Shown: piece by piece, positions 28,875-38,066 of the stretch
Layout: each line of letters begins with the position of its first letter
Position numbering within the stretch: the first letter of the stretch is position 1
Virus record (IMG/VR): IMGVR_UViG_3300024297_000001
Origin: a virus
Taxonomy: Duplodnaviria > Caudoviricetes
Direction: 5' to 3' (one strand)
DNA length: 64,000 nucleotides
Program-made: the position numbers and the translations under genes
Notes under the pieces: generated by a model
The model's database searches: none
Seen by the model: the letters and a program-made list of their open reading frames with translations, nothing else
Told to the model about the DNA's origin: nothing

Positions 28875-29436
28875 AATAGAACGGGTTGGCAGATATTGTA
28901 GAATAGCAGATTGGCAAGTAAATGTTGACCTAACAGATTATTATAAAAGAGCAAAAGAAAAAGGCTTTGTTAATAATGCAAGTCGTGAAATGCTTATTGA
29001 TTGTTTTAATAATGAAAGCCAAATGCACTTGTTCTTACTTTACGAAGATGATACAATTATTGGAACACAGGTGTTACATACGTTTCCAGAGATGGGACCT
29101 AATTGTTGGAGAGTAGGAAGAACAAGTTTACTTGTACCACCATTAGGCAAAGGCAAAAGTATTATTACAAAGTTTCAAAATCATACAGATCAATTTTTAC
29201 ATCCTGCCGTTATTAAATTTGTATCAGAACGCAAAGGTGAATTGTATTCAACTACAAATATGAATCCAGAAGCCAAACAAAATCAATCACACTTAATATA
29301 TTTTCCTTTAATAGAAAAGATGGGTGTAGTTGATAAAGTTGGAGATATGGATTACAGATATACCAAACAGTCAGTTTGGAAATTTAACTTTAATCGTTTT
29401 TGGGAATTGTATAACTTATTTCCTAAATGGAATTAA
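28861..29436 (+). CDS. Hypothetical protein, possibly GNAT-like
   Basis: LFLLYEDDTIIGTQVLH...CWRVGRT pattern resembles GNAT beta-strands; weak. Confidence 0.4.
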   Translation: MSNFRIERVGRYCRIADWQVNVDLTDYYKRAKEKGFVNNASREMLIDCFNNESQMHLFLLYEDDTIIGTQVLHTFPEMGPNCWRVGRTSLLVPPLGKGKSIITKFQNHTDQFLHPAVIKFVSERKGELYSTTNMNPEAKQNQSHLIYFPLIEKMGVVDKVGDMDYRYTKQSVWKFNFNRFWELYNLFPKWN

Positions 29437-30743
29437 GCAATCATTGCCACCCACGCCGCGCCTGTATAGAACACTGGGTAAGGTGTTGATCCACTGTAAC
29501 TTGCTGGATCCCAATTAGTTTTGTTAGCAACTGCAATCATTCCAATAACTGGAGTAGCCGGAGCCGCCGTTTGTGGTTCCAATGTCATTACACCTTCAAC
29601 GTCAAGTGTTGATCTTGCACTTGTTCTGTTAACTGCAAGTTGACCTTTAGCGTCAAACAACATTGTTTTAGCAACAGGTGTTGTACCTGTGCCTGCGTTA
29701 GTTACAAATTCAATTTGACCTTTTGCAGTATCGTTTGCAATAGCCTCAGTTGGATCTGATCTAAATAAAATTAATGAAGAAAGAACTTTCTTTCCAGTAC
29801 CGTTACCATCAAAGTCTGGATCAAATGCCAATGCACTTAATTCACCAATGTAATTACCTGATGTAATTTTAACTTCACTACCACTGCCGTCAAAGCCACC
29901 GTAGTAACCGTTAATTGAAAAACCTGAAATGTTTGCTGATGTGTTACCGTTTAATCCGTTAACTCTAATTGCTGTCGCTTCATCTCTGTTGTATGCTTCA
30001 AGTACTGTTGAAGTTGATTCAGTTTTGTTACTAACTTCTACGTTACCTGTAGATGATGTAAGTGAGTCAGCAGTAATATCCATTACGCCATTGTAAAGTC
30101 TTACTGTACTTGATATACCATCAACAAGTAGTGTTGAGTCATCGCCAAATACTGAACCTTTTAGATCAGCATTTAAGTTTACGATAGATGCGTTAGCAAG
30201 ATCTAAGTCACCTGGCTTCCACTGTGAATTTGTATCATCCCATACCAAGTATTGTCCTGGTGTTGGTTCGTCTGCACCTGATGTACTAACATCACCTAAG
30301 CCGTCAATACTCTTACTTGCAAGTTGTGTATCAAAGTTAAAACTTGCGAAATCTTCGTCTGCTACTTCCCAGTTAGTTGTAGATGCATTGTATTTTAAAA
30401 TTTTGTTATTAACAACACCTGTTACATCAACATCTGTTAATGCACCAATAGTAGTTGTAAGGTTAAGTGTAGACGCTTCAAAACGTGCATTTGATGTATT
30501 CCAAGCAAGTACTTGTCCTGTTGCTGGTGCTAATGAAGGATCAACGTCTGTTAGTTTAGCAATTGAAATTGGAGGATTAACTGCAATACCGCCGCTTGTT
30601 GCTCCGTCACCTATGTATAATGTGCCGTTTTCACCGTTAATGTTTACTTTATCAGTTACCCAAATAGGTTCTGCAAGGGCAGGATTAGCGCCAGTCATTG
30701 CGCCACGTTCTGCTGTTGTACCTCGTCTAATCTTAAGTGCCAT
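29433..30743 (-). CDS. Tail-fibre-like structural protein (Mtd/hyaluronidase-type N-terminus)
   Basis: MALKIRRGT...EP.W.TD....LYIGDG..GG N-terminus; three L.DV...GQVL.W...W repeats. Confidence 0.75.
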   Translation of the reverse strand: MALKIRRGTTAERGAMTGANPALAEPIWVTDKVNINGENGTLYIGDGATSGGIAVNPPISIAKLTDVDPSLAPATGQVLAWNTSNARFEASTLNLTTTIGALTDVDVTGVVNNKILKYNASTTNWEVADEDFASFNFDTQLASKSIDGLGDVSTSGADEPTPGQYLVWDDTNSQWKPGDLDLANASIVNLNADLKGSVFGDDSTLLVDGISSTVRLYNGVMDITADSLTSSTGNVEVSNKTESTSTVLEAYNRDEATAIRVNGLNGNTSANISGFSINGYYGGFDGSGSEVKITSGNYIGELSALAFDPDFDGNGTGKKVLSSLILFRSDPTEAIANDTAKGQIEFVTNAGTGTTPVAKTMLFDAKGQLAVNRTSARSTLDVEGVMTLEPQTAAPATPVIGMIAVANKTNWDPASYSGSTPYPVFYTGAAWVAMIA

Positions 30744-30775
30744 ACTTACCTACTCCAAATTTGTTTTGCTATATG

Positions 30776-30783
30776 TATTTATC
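30776..30783 (-). promoter_or_regulatory. Late-type box GATAAATA upstream of 30743
   Basis: Intergenic, followed by SD-like GGAG/AGGT. Confidence 0.55.
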
Positions 30784-30811
30784 CAATACCAATTGTTTTA
30801 CTATAATGTAT

Positions 30812-31183
30812 TTATTTCTTGAAACGTGCTTTTTTAAATAGGTTTTTGGTGCCTTTTTGTACGTCTTCTTTGATCTTCTTACTGTCCACTGCAAAGTCTA
30901 CATTCTGTATTGTAGTGCCGTATTCATTGAATAGTTCGCGGATATCTTTCTCAAAACGCTTCTGAGACAGCGAAGGCGTACATTCTATGATCCACTTTTT
31001 CCTATTGGAAAACGTTACCTCTATATGCTGAAGGTATTCGAGTGGTATAGTTTTTACTTCTATGCCCTCGAATACTTCAGGCCAATGTCTAATAACGTCC
31101 GCAGGAAGTTTTAGTAGTTTCTTCCTCGGCATAGCGGTGCTACGCTTTTTTCTTTTTGGTCGGAACCAACGCCTCAGCATCAC
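30812..31183 (-). CDS. Hypothetical protein
   Basis: ORF in co-oriented run; start uncertain. Confidence 0.6.
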   Translation of the reverse strand: MMLRRWFRPKRKKRSTAMPRKKLLKLPADVIRHWPEVFEGIEVKTIPLEYLQHIEVTFSNRKKWIIECTPSLSQKRFEKDIRELFNEYGTTIQNVDFAVDSKKIKEDVQKGTKNLFKKARFKK

Positions 31184-31742
31184 GCCTCAATTGAGCCGCT
31201 TCTTTGCTTAAACGATCTGCTTGAGATCTGTAAGATTTTGCTAAATCTTCATCACTCATTACACCATCACTTGATGCTGGTGTAGTAGGTTCATTGCTTG
31301 GTGCATACGCATCAGCACTTGCAGGTGTTTCACTAACAGTTGCAACGTCCTGTGTATCGTCCTTAAGAGCCAAGTCAGCAATGCTAACACCTTTTTGCTC
31401 TGCAATAACCTTGTTTAATTCAGCAAGATTAATAGTGTCAGTGTTTGTAGGCATCATGTCTACATCTGTTGTTGGTACTCTTTGCAATTTACCAGTAGAA
31501 TGGAATCTTGCTAACATAACACTACCGTCTGAAAGACGTGTACGTGCCATTGCTTCAGCAAGTTCGCCAGCATCTTGTCCTGCTGGTGATTCTACTAATT
31601 GCATTAAGATATCGTGATCTGAATCTGTTAAGTTTTCAGTCGATACGATCAATGCATGTTCTGGATCATTAGGAAGGGTTCTGTATGCAACAGCCACCTT
31701 TCTTTTATTTGACTTTAATTTGCCAATATGTTTAATCGCCAT
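31140..31742 (-). CDS. Hypothetical protein (200 aa, coiled-coil C-terminus)
   Basis: SD GGAG; stop/start overlap with 31742. Confidence 0.7.
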   Translation of the reverse strand: MAIKHIGKLKSNKRKVAVAYRTLPNDPEHALIVSTENLTDSDHDILMQLVESPAGQDAGELAEAMARTRLSDGSVMLARFHSTGKLQRVPTTDVDMMPTNTDTINLAELNKVIAEQKGVSIADLALKDDTQDVATVSETPASADAYAPSNEPTTPASSDGVMSDEDLAKSYRSQADRLSKEAAQLRRDAEALVPTKKKKA

Positions 31743-32086
31743 TATTTCTTCTCCGTTGTTGGTGCAGTTGGTTCAGCACTCATTGCCGCCGCCGCGTCTG
31801 CTCCACTAATAGGTTGTGCCGTTGCTGGAACTCCCTCTGGTGTTGCTGGTGCGTTTTGGTCTTGCTGAGCCTTCTGTACCTGCTGAAGGAACATATCTAA
31901 CTTGTTGTAAGTAGTTCCAACTGCTTGTAATTCATTTGCTTTGAAGGCGCCACGTTGTGTAGCGATATCAATCACAGTTCTTAATGTATTTAGATCTTGA
32001 ACTGTAAGATCTACCTGCCCACCTGCCGCTGGAGCATTTGCCGATGCTTCAGTAGGTGCCGCAGTCTTTTGGTTTGTATCAGACAT
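31742..32086 (-). CDS. Hypothetical protein (114 aa)
   Basis: SD AAGGAG; central DLTVQDL..L...IDIA.QRGAFKANEL..VG..YNKL core. Confidence 0.7.
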   Translation of the reverse strand: MSDTNQKTAAPTEASANAPAAGGQVDLTVQDLNTLRTVIDIATQRGAFKANELQAVGTTYNKLDMFLQQVQKAQQDQNAPATPEGVPATAQPISGADAAAAMSAEPTAPTTEKK

Positions 32087-32129
32087 TGTCTTCTCCTTTG
32101 TTAACTTATTAATGTATATACTTAATTAC

Positions 32130-32405
32130 TTATTTGTATTTTAAATGAGGACACGCCAAAGCGAAATATGAAAGTTCTTTTGGATCCTCAAATCCAATTC
32201 TGAGTTTACTTGCTACTTCATTAGAGTCTGTTAAGGTAACGTTTTTACCTACGTAAAAGCGACTCTTACAATTGGTAAGTATCCAATTACTGATTGCTTT
32301 TTCAATATTATAATTTGGTGAAATTTCCATGTACTCTAAATGCGAGCCTGGATAATCTAACTTCCTTATGCCGAAAAAATTAAGCGGATTTGGTTTCATC
32401 TTCAT
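32130..32405 (-). CDS. Hypothetical protein
   Basis: ORF; start moved to MKMKPN to reduce overlap. Confidence 0.6.
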   Translation of the reverse strand: MKMKPNPLNFFGIRKLDYPGSHLEYMEISPNYNIEKAISNWILTNCKSRFYVGKNVTLTDSNEVASKLRIGFEDPKELSYFALACPHLKYK

Positions 32406-33681
32406 AGTGGGTTGTAACTCCAAAAGGTGCTTGTAAATTTTTATCATGGTTACTATGGATTACAAATACAGTATCACAGTAATCTTCGTCACCCCATGTG
32501 TCCCAAGTATAACCATCAGTAAACATAATGAACTTCTTAGGATTAATATCATTCGCTTTCATGTATTCCCAATTTGCCATAAAGTCAGTACCGCCACCGC
32601 CAGCAACTTCATACTCTAATAGGTTGTCATTACTTGCGTCAAAATCTTGTTCATTGTAAACTTCTGTATCGAAACACCATAGTTTAATTTTATAATCTTG
32701 GTATTGTTCCATAATACCTTTGATCTCTGATAAAAATATCTGTGCTTGTTTATTACTAATACTACCTGACATATCAATAGCAATACACAAGTCAATAGTT
32801 TCATCATAGTTTAGTCCTGGAAGGATAGCACTTGTATGCCAAGCCTTACGTGAAGGACGAGTAAATGTATAATCATTTCTAATTGTACTTTGAATCTGTT
32901 GCTGAAGTAATTCTCTCCAGTTCATCTTAGGTTCAGTAAGTTCCTTAATCATACGTTCGATTTCTTTAGGCATATTACCTGCACCAGCCGCCTGTGCTGA
33001 TTGTAACATACTGTCTTTGATCTCGTCACGTATCTTTTTAAGTTCTTCTTTACTGTATGAAGGTTTGTCTCCTTTATCTTTACCACCTTTAGAAGGTGCT
33101 TTACCTTTTGGCTGATTCTCTTTATCCCAGTCAATGTGTTCGTCAAGTAATTGACCAAGTTGTTCTAATTCTTCTTCATCATACTTTTGATAGATATCAT
33201 CATATACAGCCTCTGACGTCCAACCATCATATTTAAAGTCTTGGAAAATTGGAATGTCTCTCGGCTTTTCACCAATGTTATCTCTAACAAGTGTATTGTT
33301 TACAATATAGTCTGCGGCAATGTTATGTATCTGTGGATCTCTATCTTCTCTACGTGTCATATGGTCAAATACACAATGCATAATTTCATGTGCAATAACA
33401 AATTCAACTTCTTTATTAGACATCTTAGCAAAGAATGGAACACTATAAAATAAGTGTCTGCCATCTGTTGCGGCAGTAGGACACCAATCACTTGCTTCTT
33501 TAATGATAAGTCTTGTAGCCATGTTACCAAAGAACGGATGTCTTAGCAACAAACCAACACGAGCAACGATGATACGATCTTTTACTTCTGCACGAAGTTC
33601 GTCAGTTATCTCAGGCTGTTCATCAGCCTTCTTCTTAATCTCTTCCCATCTATCTAAAACTTCTTGATCTTGTGTTGCCAT
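32380..33681 (-). CDS. Metallopeptidase-vWA domain protein (DUF2201-like)
   Basis: TAATDG, AHEIMH (HExxH), and C-terminal vWA MIDAS DMSGS...GGGTDF...FTDG. Confidence 0.9.
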   Translation of the reverse strand: MATQDQEVLDRWEEIKKKADEQPEITDELRAEVKDRIIVARVGLLLRHPFFGNMATRLIIKEASDWCPTAATDGRHLFYSVPFFAKMSNKEVEFVIAHEIMHCVFDHMTRREDRDPQIHNIAADYIVNNTLVRDNIGEKPRDIPIFQDFKYDGWTSEAVYDDIYQKYDEEELEQLGQLLDEHIDWDKENQPKGKAPSKGGKDKGDKPSYSKEELKKIRDEIKDSMLQSAQAAGAGNMPKEIERMIKELTEPKMNWRELLQQQIQSTIRNDYTFTRPSRKAWHTSAILPGLNYDETIDLCIAIDMSGSISNKQAQIFLSEIKGIMEQYQDYKIKLWCFDTEVYNEQDFDASNDNLLEYEVAGGGGTDFMANWEYMKANDINPKKFIMFTDGYTWDTWGDEDYCDTVFVIHSNHDKNLQAPFGVTTHYEDETKSA

Positions 33682-33709
33682 GTGCCTATTCCTTATTGTT
33701 TATAATATT

Positions 33710-33738
33710 ATTATAGTATATTTAATTGGATTTGTCAA
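33710..33738 (-). promoter_or_regulatory. Consensus sigma70 promoter TTGACA-17-TATAAT for the vWA gene
   Basis: Both hexamers perfect, 17-nt spacer. Confidence 0.8.
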
Positions 33739-33740
33739 TC

Positions 33741-33777
33741 AAAAAAATGGGGTAGTATACCAAAATATACTACCCCA
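33741..33777 (-). terminator. Rho-independent terminator after the MoxR gene
   Basis: 12-bp perfect stem (33748-33759/33766-33777), 6-nt loop, then a T7 tract on the minus strand. Confidence 0.8.
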
Positions 33778-33783
33778 AAGTTG

Positions 33784-34872
33784 TTACGAAGCCTGTGCGG
33801 CAGTTACGTACTTTCCAAACTTTTCATGGAACTCATCAAAACAGTCAACTTCATCTGGATCGATTGGAAGTTGGTATTGTGTAAGTGCCAATTTGATACC
33901 CATTACAACTAATTCAGTATCAAAGTTCTTCATAGCAAACAATAAGAAGTTATTAACCATAGAGTCAAATTTCTTATCGCCTTTGTCGCTGGCTTCTTTT
34001 AGTTCATAGCAGAGCGAAACTGTTAAGGAATACATGGCACTGATTTCTTTAGTTTCTAACTCTGTTACCTTACCTTTCAAAATCTCCGATGGATTCGGAA
34101 GTTTTGAAGCCATCTTACGATGGGCCATGAACTTCACTGCAAGGCCTTCGCCTACAGAACCACTAACCAAATCGGTAGTGGTATTCTCGTCATCATCGTC
34201 TTCAAGTAACTCAGACACAAATGACCAAGAACGAGGTGTAGCAAATGAACGACTTGGTGACTTAGGATCAAAGTCATATAAGTCCTTCTTGCTAAAGGTC
34301 AAGTAACCCACAACGTCTGTGTGGATTTTATTCTCAGTTGCCCACTGAAACCAATCATCAAAGTCCACCTTAAGTTCTAAGTGAACAAATCTGTTTGCCA
34401 ATGGTGCAGGCATTCTGTATGTAACACCCTTATCAGCATCTCTGTTACCAGCCGCTACGATAAGAACGTTATCAGGTAGTACATAAGTACCAACCCTACG
34501 ATTCAAAATTAACTGATAAGCCGCCGCTTGTACAGCCGGAGCCGCCGAGTTCATCTCGTCCAAGAATAAAACAATGGTCTTATATTTCTTAGCCATTGCC
34601 GCATCTGGAAGTTCCATTGGCGGTGCCCATTTCATTGTATTATCATTTGCGGCATAATACGGCATACCTTTAATGTCCGTAGGATCCCACAATGACAAAC
34701 GAATGTCGATTAGTTTTGAATCTTCAAAAGTATTAGTGATTTGACTTACAATGTCCGACTTACCAATACCTGGAGGTCCCCAAATAAAGATTGGACGTTG
34801 TTTCTTCATAGCCCTAAGGATACTTTTCTTAGCATCATTTGGACCAATTGTTCTTGTTGCAATGTTTTCCAT
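33784..34872 (-). CDS. MoxR-like AAA+ ATPase
   Basis: Walker A GPPGIGKS, Walker B LFLDEMN, AAGN sensor, PLANRF Arg finger. Confidence 0.9.
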   Translation of the reverse strand: MENIATRTIGPNDAKKSILRAMKKQRPIFIWGPPGIGKSDIVSQITNTFEDSKLIDIRLSLWDPTDIKGMPYYAANDNTMKWAPPMELPDAAMAKKYKTIVLFLDEMNSAAPAVQAAAYQLILNRRVGTYVLPDNVLIVAAGNRDADKGVTYRMPAPLANRFVHLELKVDFDDWFQWATENKIHTDVVGYLTFSKKDLYDFDPKSPSRSFATPRSWSFVSELLEDDDDENTTTDLVSGSVGEGLAVKFMAHRKMASKLPNPSEILKGKVTELETKEISAMYSLTVSLCYELKEASDKGDKKFDSMVNNFLLFAMKNFDTELVVMGIKLALTQYQLPIDPDEVDCFDEFHEKFGKYVTAAQAS

Positions 34873-34928
34873 TTTGTACTCCTTATACGTTTACTTCAGT
34901 GCCATACTTAATTTCTAAGTATGTATAT

Positions 34929-34957
34929 ATAATACAGTCATTAGGAGCAAAGGTCAA
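34929..34957 (-). promoter_or_regulatory. sigma70-like promoter TTGACC-17-TATTAT for the MoxR gene
   Basis: Near-consensus with 17-nt spacer in an intergenic region. Confidence 0.65.
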
Positions 34958-35019
34958 CCATTATTTGCACTTTTTTTAAATTATTTTTGGATAAGGCTTA
35001 CCAAAATAAGCCAGTAAAA

Positions 35020-35415
35020 TCAAGAGGTTAGTTCTTCGTCGGCTCTTTTCAATGCTTTTGTAAGGCCATATTTCTTAACATCTCCACTAAAAAGATGTAA
35101 TTCGAGTGCTTTCTTTTCGTCAAATACAGTGATTCCTCTGTTAGTTAGATAGTATGGACACGTAATAAAACGGTCTAACCAAATTACTGTATTAGTTGTA
35201 AGTTGAAAGTCTTCTGGGAAAGGAACATCATATGATACTAAATCTAATTTTTCTGTGAGAAATAGCATACCAGCATCAGTTAATCTTAAGCCACCTTCGT
35301 CTTTGGCTCTTGTGTTTTGCCACCATGCAGGCAAATACTGCTTCATGGTTGCTTCGTTAATGCTAATGTCTGCTTGTTTTAAGAAGACCTTTGTATAGGT
35401 TTCTTTCCAATTCAT
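35020..35415 (-). CDS. Hypothetical protein (131 aa)
   Basis: Clean ORF abutting 35416. Confidence 0.7.
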   Translation of the reverse strand: MNWKETYTKVFLKQADISINEATMKQYLPAWWQNTRAKDEGGLRLTDAGMLFLTEKLDLVSYDVPFPEDFQLTTNTVIWLDRFITCPYYLTNRGITVFDEKKALELHLFSGDVKKYGLTKALKRADEELTS

Positions 35416-35868
35416 TTACTTCTTCTTTGGCTTGGGTGGTGTAACTATACCTTCACGGATTAATTTTTCTCTGTTTGCCATGTGTTTCATTTGAACTTCT
35501 TCTTTCGATCCGCCGAAGTATGCTACAGCATATCCCTCTTCAATAAGTATGTCAGTGCATCTTTTGTCGTCTTTGGTGATAAAGTCTCCAAGGATTCTTC
35601 CGAACTTTCCTTTTTTATCTTCACCGCTTCTGTCGATTTCTGTTTTAAGGATTTGTATGGATCCGATTGGTAACAGGTCTTTAAGTTTGGCTTTCGATGC
35701 GAGTCCAAATGCTTTCTCCACTTTATCACGTGTTCTTGATTCAGGAGTGTCTATACCCATCATTCGAACACGTTCTTTGTGCATCCACATGCCAAAGCCA
35801 AGATCGATATCTACGTCAACGGTATCACCGTCTACTACTCTTAAAATTTTACATTTATATTCATACAT
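35416..35868 (-). CDS. Thermonuclease (SNase-like) family protein
   Basis: RVVDGDT, RVRMMGIDTPE, GKFGRILG. Confidence 0.85.
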   Translation of the reverse strand: MYEYKCKILRVVDGDTVDVDIDLGFGMWMHKERVRMMGIDTPESRTRDKVEKAFGLASKAKLKDLLPIGSIQILKTEIDRSGEDKKGKFGRILGDFITKDDKRCTDILIEEGYAVAYFGGSKEEVQMKHMANREKLIREGIVTPPKPKKK

Positions 35869-36162
35869 TTATTTGCCCTCTGTAATTACTGTTCCATCTT
35901 TAAGTTCTACAACAGTAAACTCGCTACAGTTAAACAAGTCGTTTAACTTCTTAGCAAGGTTGTGTGCATGTCCTGGATTACTAAAAGAAACTTTCTTGTA
36001 CTTAGGTCCTGGAAAACTTGATAATGAATTTTGTGTTTTTAGATTGAAAGGTTTTCCCTGATAGAAAACTGCCCAAATCGCATCGGCCGCGAGTATCTGA
36101 TCTGACTTGTAAGTCTTCTTATCAATGTACTCCAACAGTATTGTTGGTTTAGGTCTACTCAT
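35869..36162 (-). CDS. Hypothetical protein (97 aa)
   Basis: SD AGAGG and an upstream late box at 36195-36202. Confidence 0.7.
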   Translation of the reverse strand: MSRPKPTILLEYIDKKTYKSDQILAADAIWAVFYQGKPFNLKTQNSLSSFPGPKYKKVSFSNPGHAHNLAKKLNDLFNCSEFTVVELKDGTVITEGK

Positions 36163-36194
36163 ATACGTTGTTCCTCTTTTATAAACTACGTATA

Positions 36195-36202
36195 TATTTA
36201 TC
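36195..36202 (-). promoter_or_regulatory. Late-type box GATAAATA
   Basis: Immediately after the stop of 36203; upstream of 36162. Confidence 0.5.
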
Positions 36203-36817
36203 CTAATTCTCAGTAATTGTTATGTTGAATGCTGTCGTTATTCTCGGTACATCAGATTTTTGTACAGGAATACTATGATTTAAATAGGGTGGAAAGAATA
36301 TCATATCGCCTTCTAAGGCGTCTGCATTAACGACTTCTTTTGGCCACATTGTAGGTAAGTTATTTGTAATAGGCGTAGGAGCACTACTACGTATGCCATC
36401 GCTTGATGGATTATAAAATATTGTAGGAGTATGATGTTCAGGATCGTACTTTACATAATGTACTGCACTAATTTGTATTGTTCTTGGACTTGATAAGTGA
36501 TTGTGTGTTTCTCCCCAACCGCCTTTTCCTGTTACGTTATACCAAGCATCAATACCAACCTTCCAGTTGTGCGAATCTTTATATCCGTATTCGTTTAGAA
36601 ACTCTTGTATCGTTGATTGATACTTTGGAAGAATGTCTTCCCAGTCTACTGGCCGAGCGCCTGAAAAATAATCACTGTATACATTGCAGAAATCGCAATT
36701 AGGACCTTTAACATTATATTCACTTTCTATGTTTGAGACGAAGAAACTTTTTAGTTCTTCTTGTTGCTTAACTTTTACCTTGTATATATCTGTTGAAAAC
36801 AAAGTTTGTTTTATCAT
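36203..36817 (-). CDS. Putative 2OG-Fe(II) oxygenase
   Basis: WYN...HNH...SAVHY...GDMIFFPPYLNHSIP...RITTAFNI. Confidence 0.8.
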   Translation of the reverse strand: MIKQTLFSTDIYKVKVKQQEELKSFFVSNIESEYNVKGPNCDFCNVYSDYFSGARPVDWEDILPKYQSTIQEFLNEYGYKDSHNWKVGIDAWYNVTGKGGWGETHNHLSSPRTIQISAVHYVKYDPEHHTPTIFYNPSSDGIRSSAPTPITNNLPTMWPKEVVNADALEGDMIFFPPYLNHSIPVQKSDVPRITTAFNITITEN

Positions 36818-37068
36818 TACTCTTTGAATCCACCACCGTCCATCTCTACGTTAATAACTTCTGATTCTTTTTCTATTGCTTTGGTAGAAATAAATTCTTC
36901 TATGTTACCAAGTAGACGGGCATTGATTTGCCCTAATGTAAATGCAAGTAATTTAGCATCGTCGAGTGTTAGTCTTACATCATGTGCATTGCTTGACTCG
37001 GCGGCCTTTACTTGCGAAAAGAACTTTTCTAAAGGAACTGTATTAATTGGCTCTTTTTGCATCTGCAT
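36817..37068 (-). CDS. Hypothetical protein
   Basis: ORF; start moved to MQMQKEP. Confidence 0.6.
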   Translation of the reverse strand: MQMQKEPINTVPLEKFFSQVKAAESSNAHDVRLTLDDAKLLAFTLGQINARLLGNIEEFISTKAIEKESEVINVEMDGGGFKE

Positions 37069-37534
37069 TTGCCTTTGATAGTTCCGAACGCATTTCGAGT
37101 TCTGTTTTGAAAGGTCCTTTTGAAACATAATTTTCACAAGTTACCATCTTAGGACAAAAACTTCTTACCCAGCCTTTGTCAAATTTAATAATGTAGTAAC
37201 CTGCACAATATAAACTTTTAGATTTTTTACTCTTTGTAAACAAAGGTAACTTCTTTTTTACATCATACATACTATTGTGTGGTACACATGAAGTTGGAAA
37301 TCCATGTACTTCTTTATCTGCAACCTTATCTTTGTTTGCATCAGAAATAGTTGTTTCCCATTCGATAGCAATCTCTTTACTTAACTGCTTTTCGCTTTCA
37401 TAAAATTTTGTATGTGTATTGCAACAGTACATATAAGTTTTATCTTCTTGTTTAGAAAGAGTACCGATACGTTCACCGTCCTCTTCAACAATCCAAAACT
37501 TGCCTGCTACAATAGATTTTCCTTTAATAGTCAT
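37043..37534 (-). CDS. Hypothetical protein (163 aa)
   Basis: SD GGAGG; clean ORF. Confidence 0.7.
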   Translation of the reverse strand: MTIKGKSIVAGKFWIVEEDGERIGTLSKQEDKTYMYCCNTHTKFYESEKQLSKEIAIEWETTISDANKDKVADKEVHGFPTSCVPHNSMYDVKKKLPLFTKSKKSKSLYCAGYYIIKFDKGWVRSFCPKMVTCENYVSKGPFKTELEMRSELSKANADAKRAN

Positions 37535-38066
37535 TTATTCCTCCTAATACTTCAGTTGTTATGACAGTTACATCTAAACTTTTGTTTGACGCCACGGCCG
37601 CATATAATCTTGTTCTGCCATCGATAACAAATCGACCGCTGTCTAATTCTATAATCAAAGGTGGGCGACATGACCCGGCTTCTACTGCTTCAATAATAGG
37701 CTCTAAAGGAAACTCTCTTTCTCTACTATCACGTTTATCACGTGCAGTTAGTTCCTTAATGTACACTTCTCTATACCCTTCTTTACCACTTATATCCTGT
37801 AATGCTTTAAGCATATAAGGGTCTTGAGGCATATTGTCTAAGTTATTTAACTTCGTTATTTCGCTAACTGACATATTTTGGACAGGTAAATCGTCTAAAA
37901 TAGTACCTAATTTCTTGGCTACGTTCTCCCTTAATACAACCATTCTACGTGTTTCTACACCGCCATTTAAGAACGGAAATTTAGTAGTAACGGCTTTTTG
38001 TACATCAGGATCTAATGAGCAAAGTAGTTCATATGCGTCAGCATAATTTTCGTCCATTAGTTGCAT
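37524..38066 (-). CDS. ParB/Srx-like domain protein
   Basis: C-terminal PPLII......VIDGRTRLYAA resembles the ParB-N GxxR motif. Confidence 0.5.
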   Translation of the reverse strand: MQLMDENYADAYELLCSLDPDVQKAVTTKFPFLNGGVETRRMVVLRENVAKKLGTILDDLPVQNMSVSEITKLNNLDNMPQDPYMLKALQDISGKEGYREVYIKELTARDKRDSREREFPLEPIIEAVEAGSCRPPLIIELDSGRFVIDGRTRLYAAVASNKSLDVTVITTEVLGGINDY

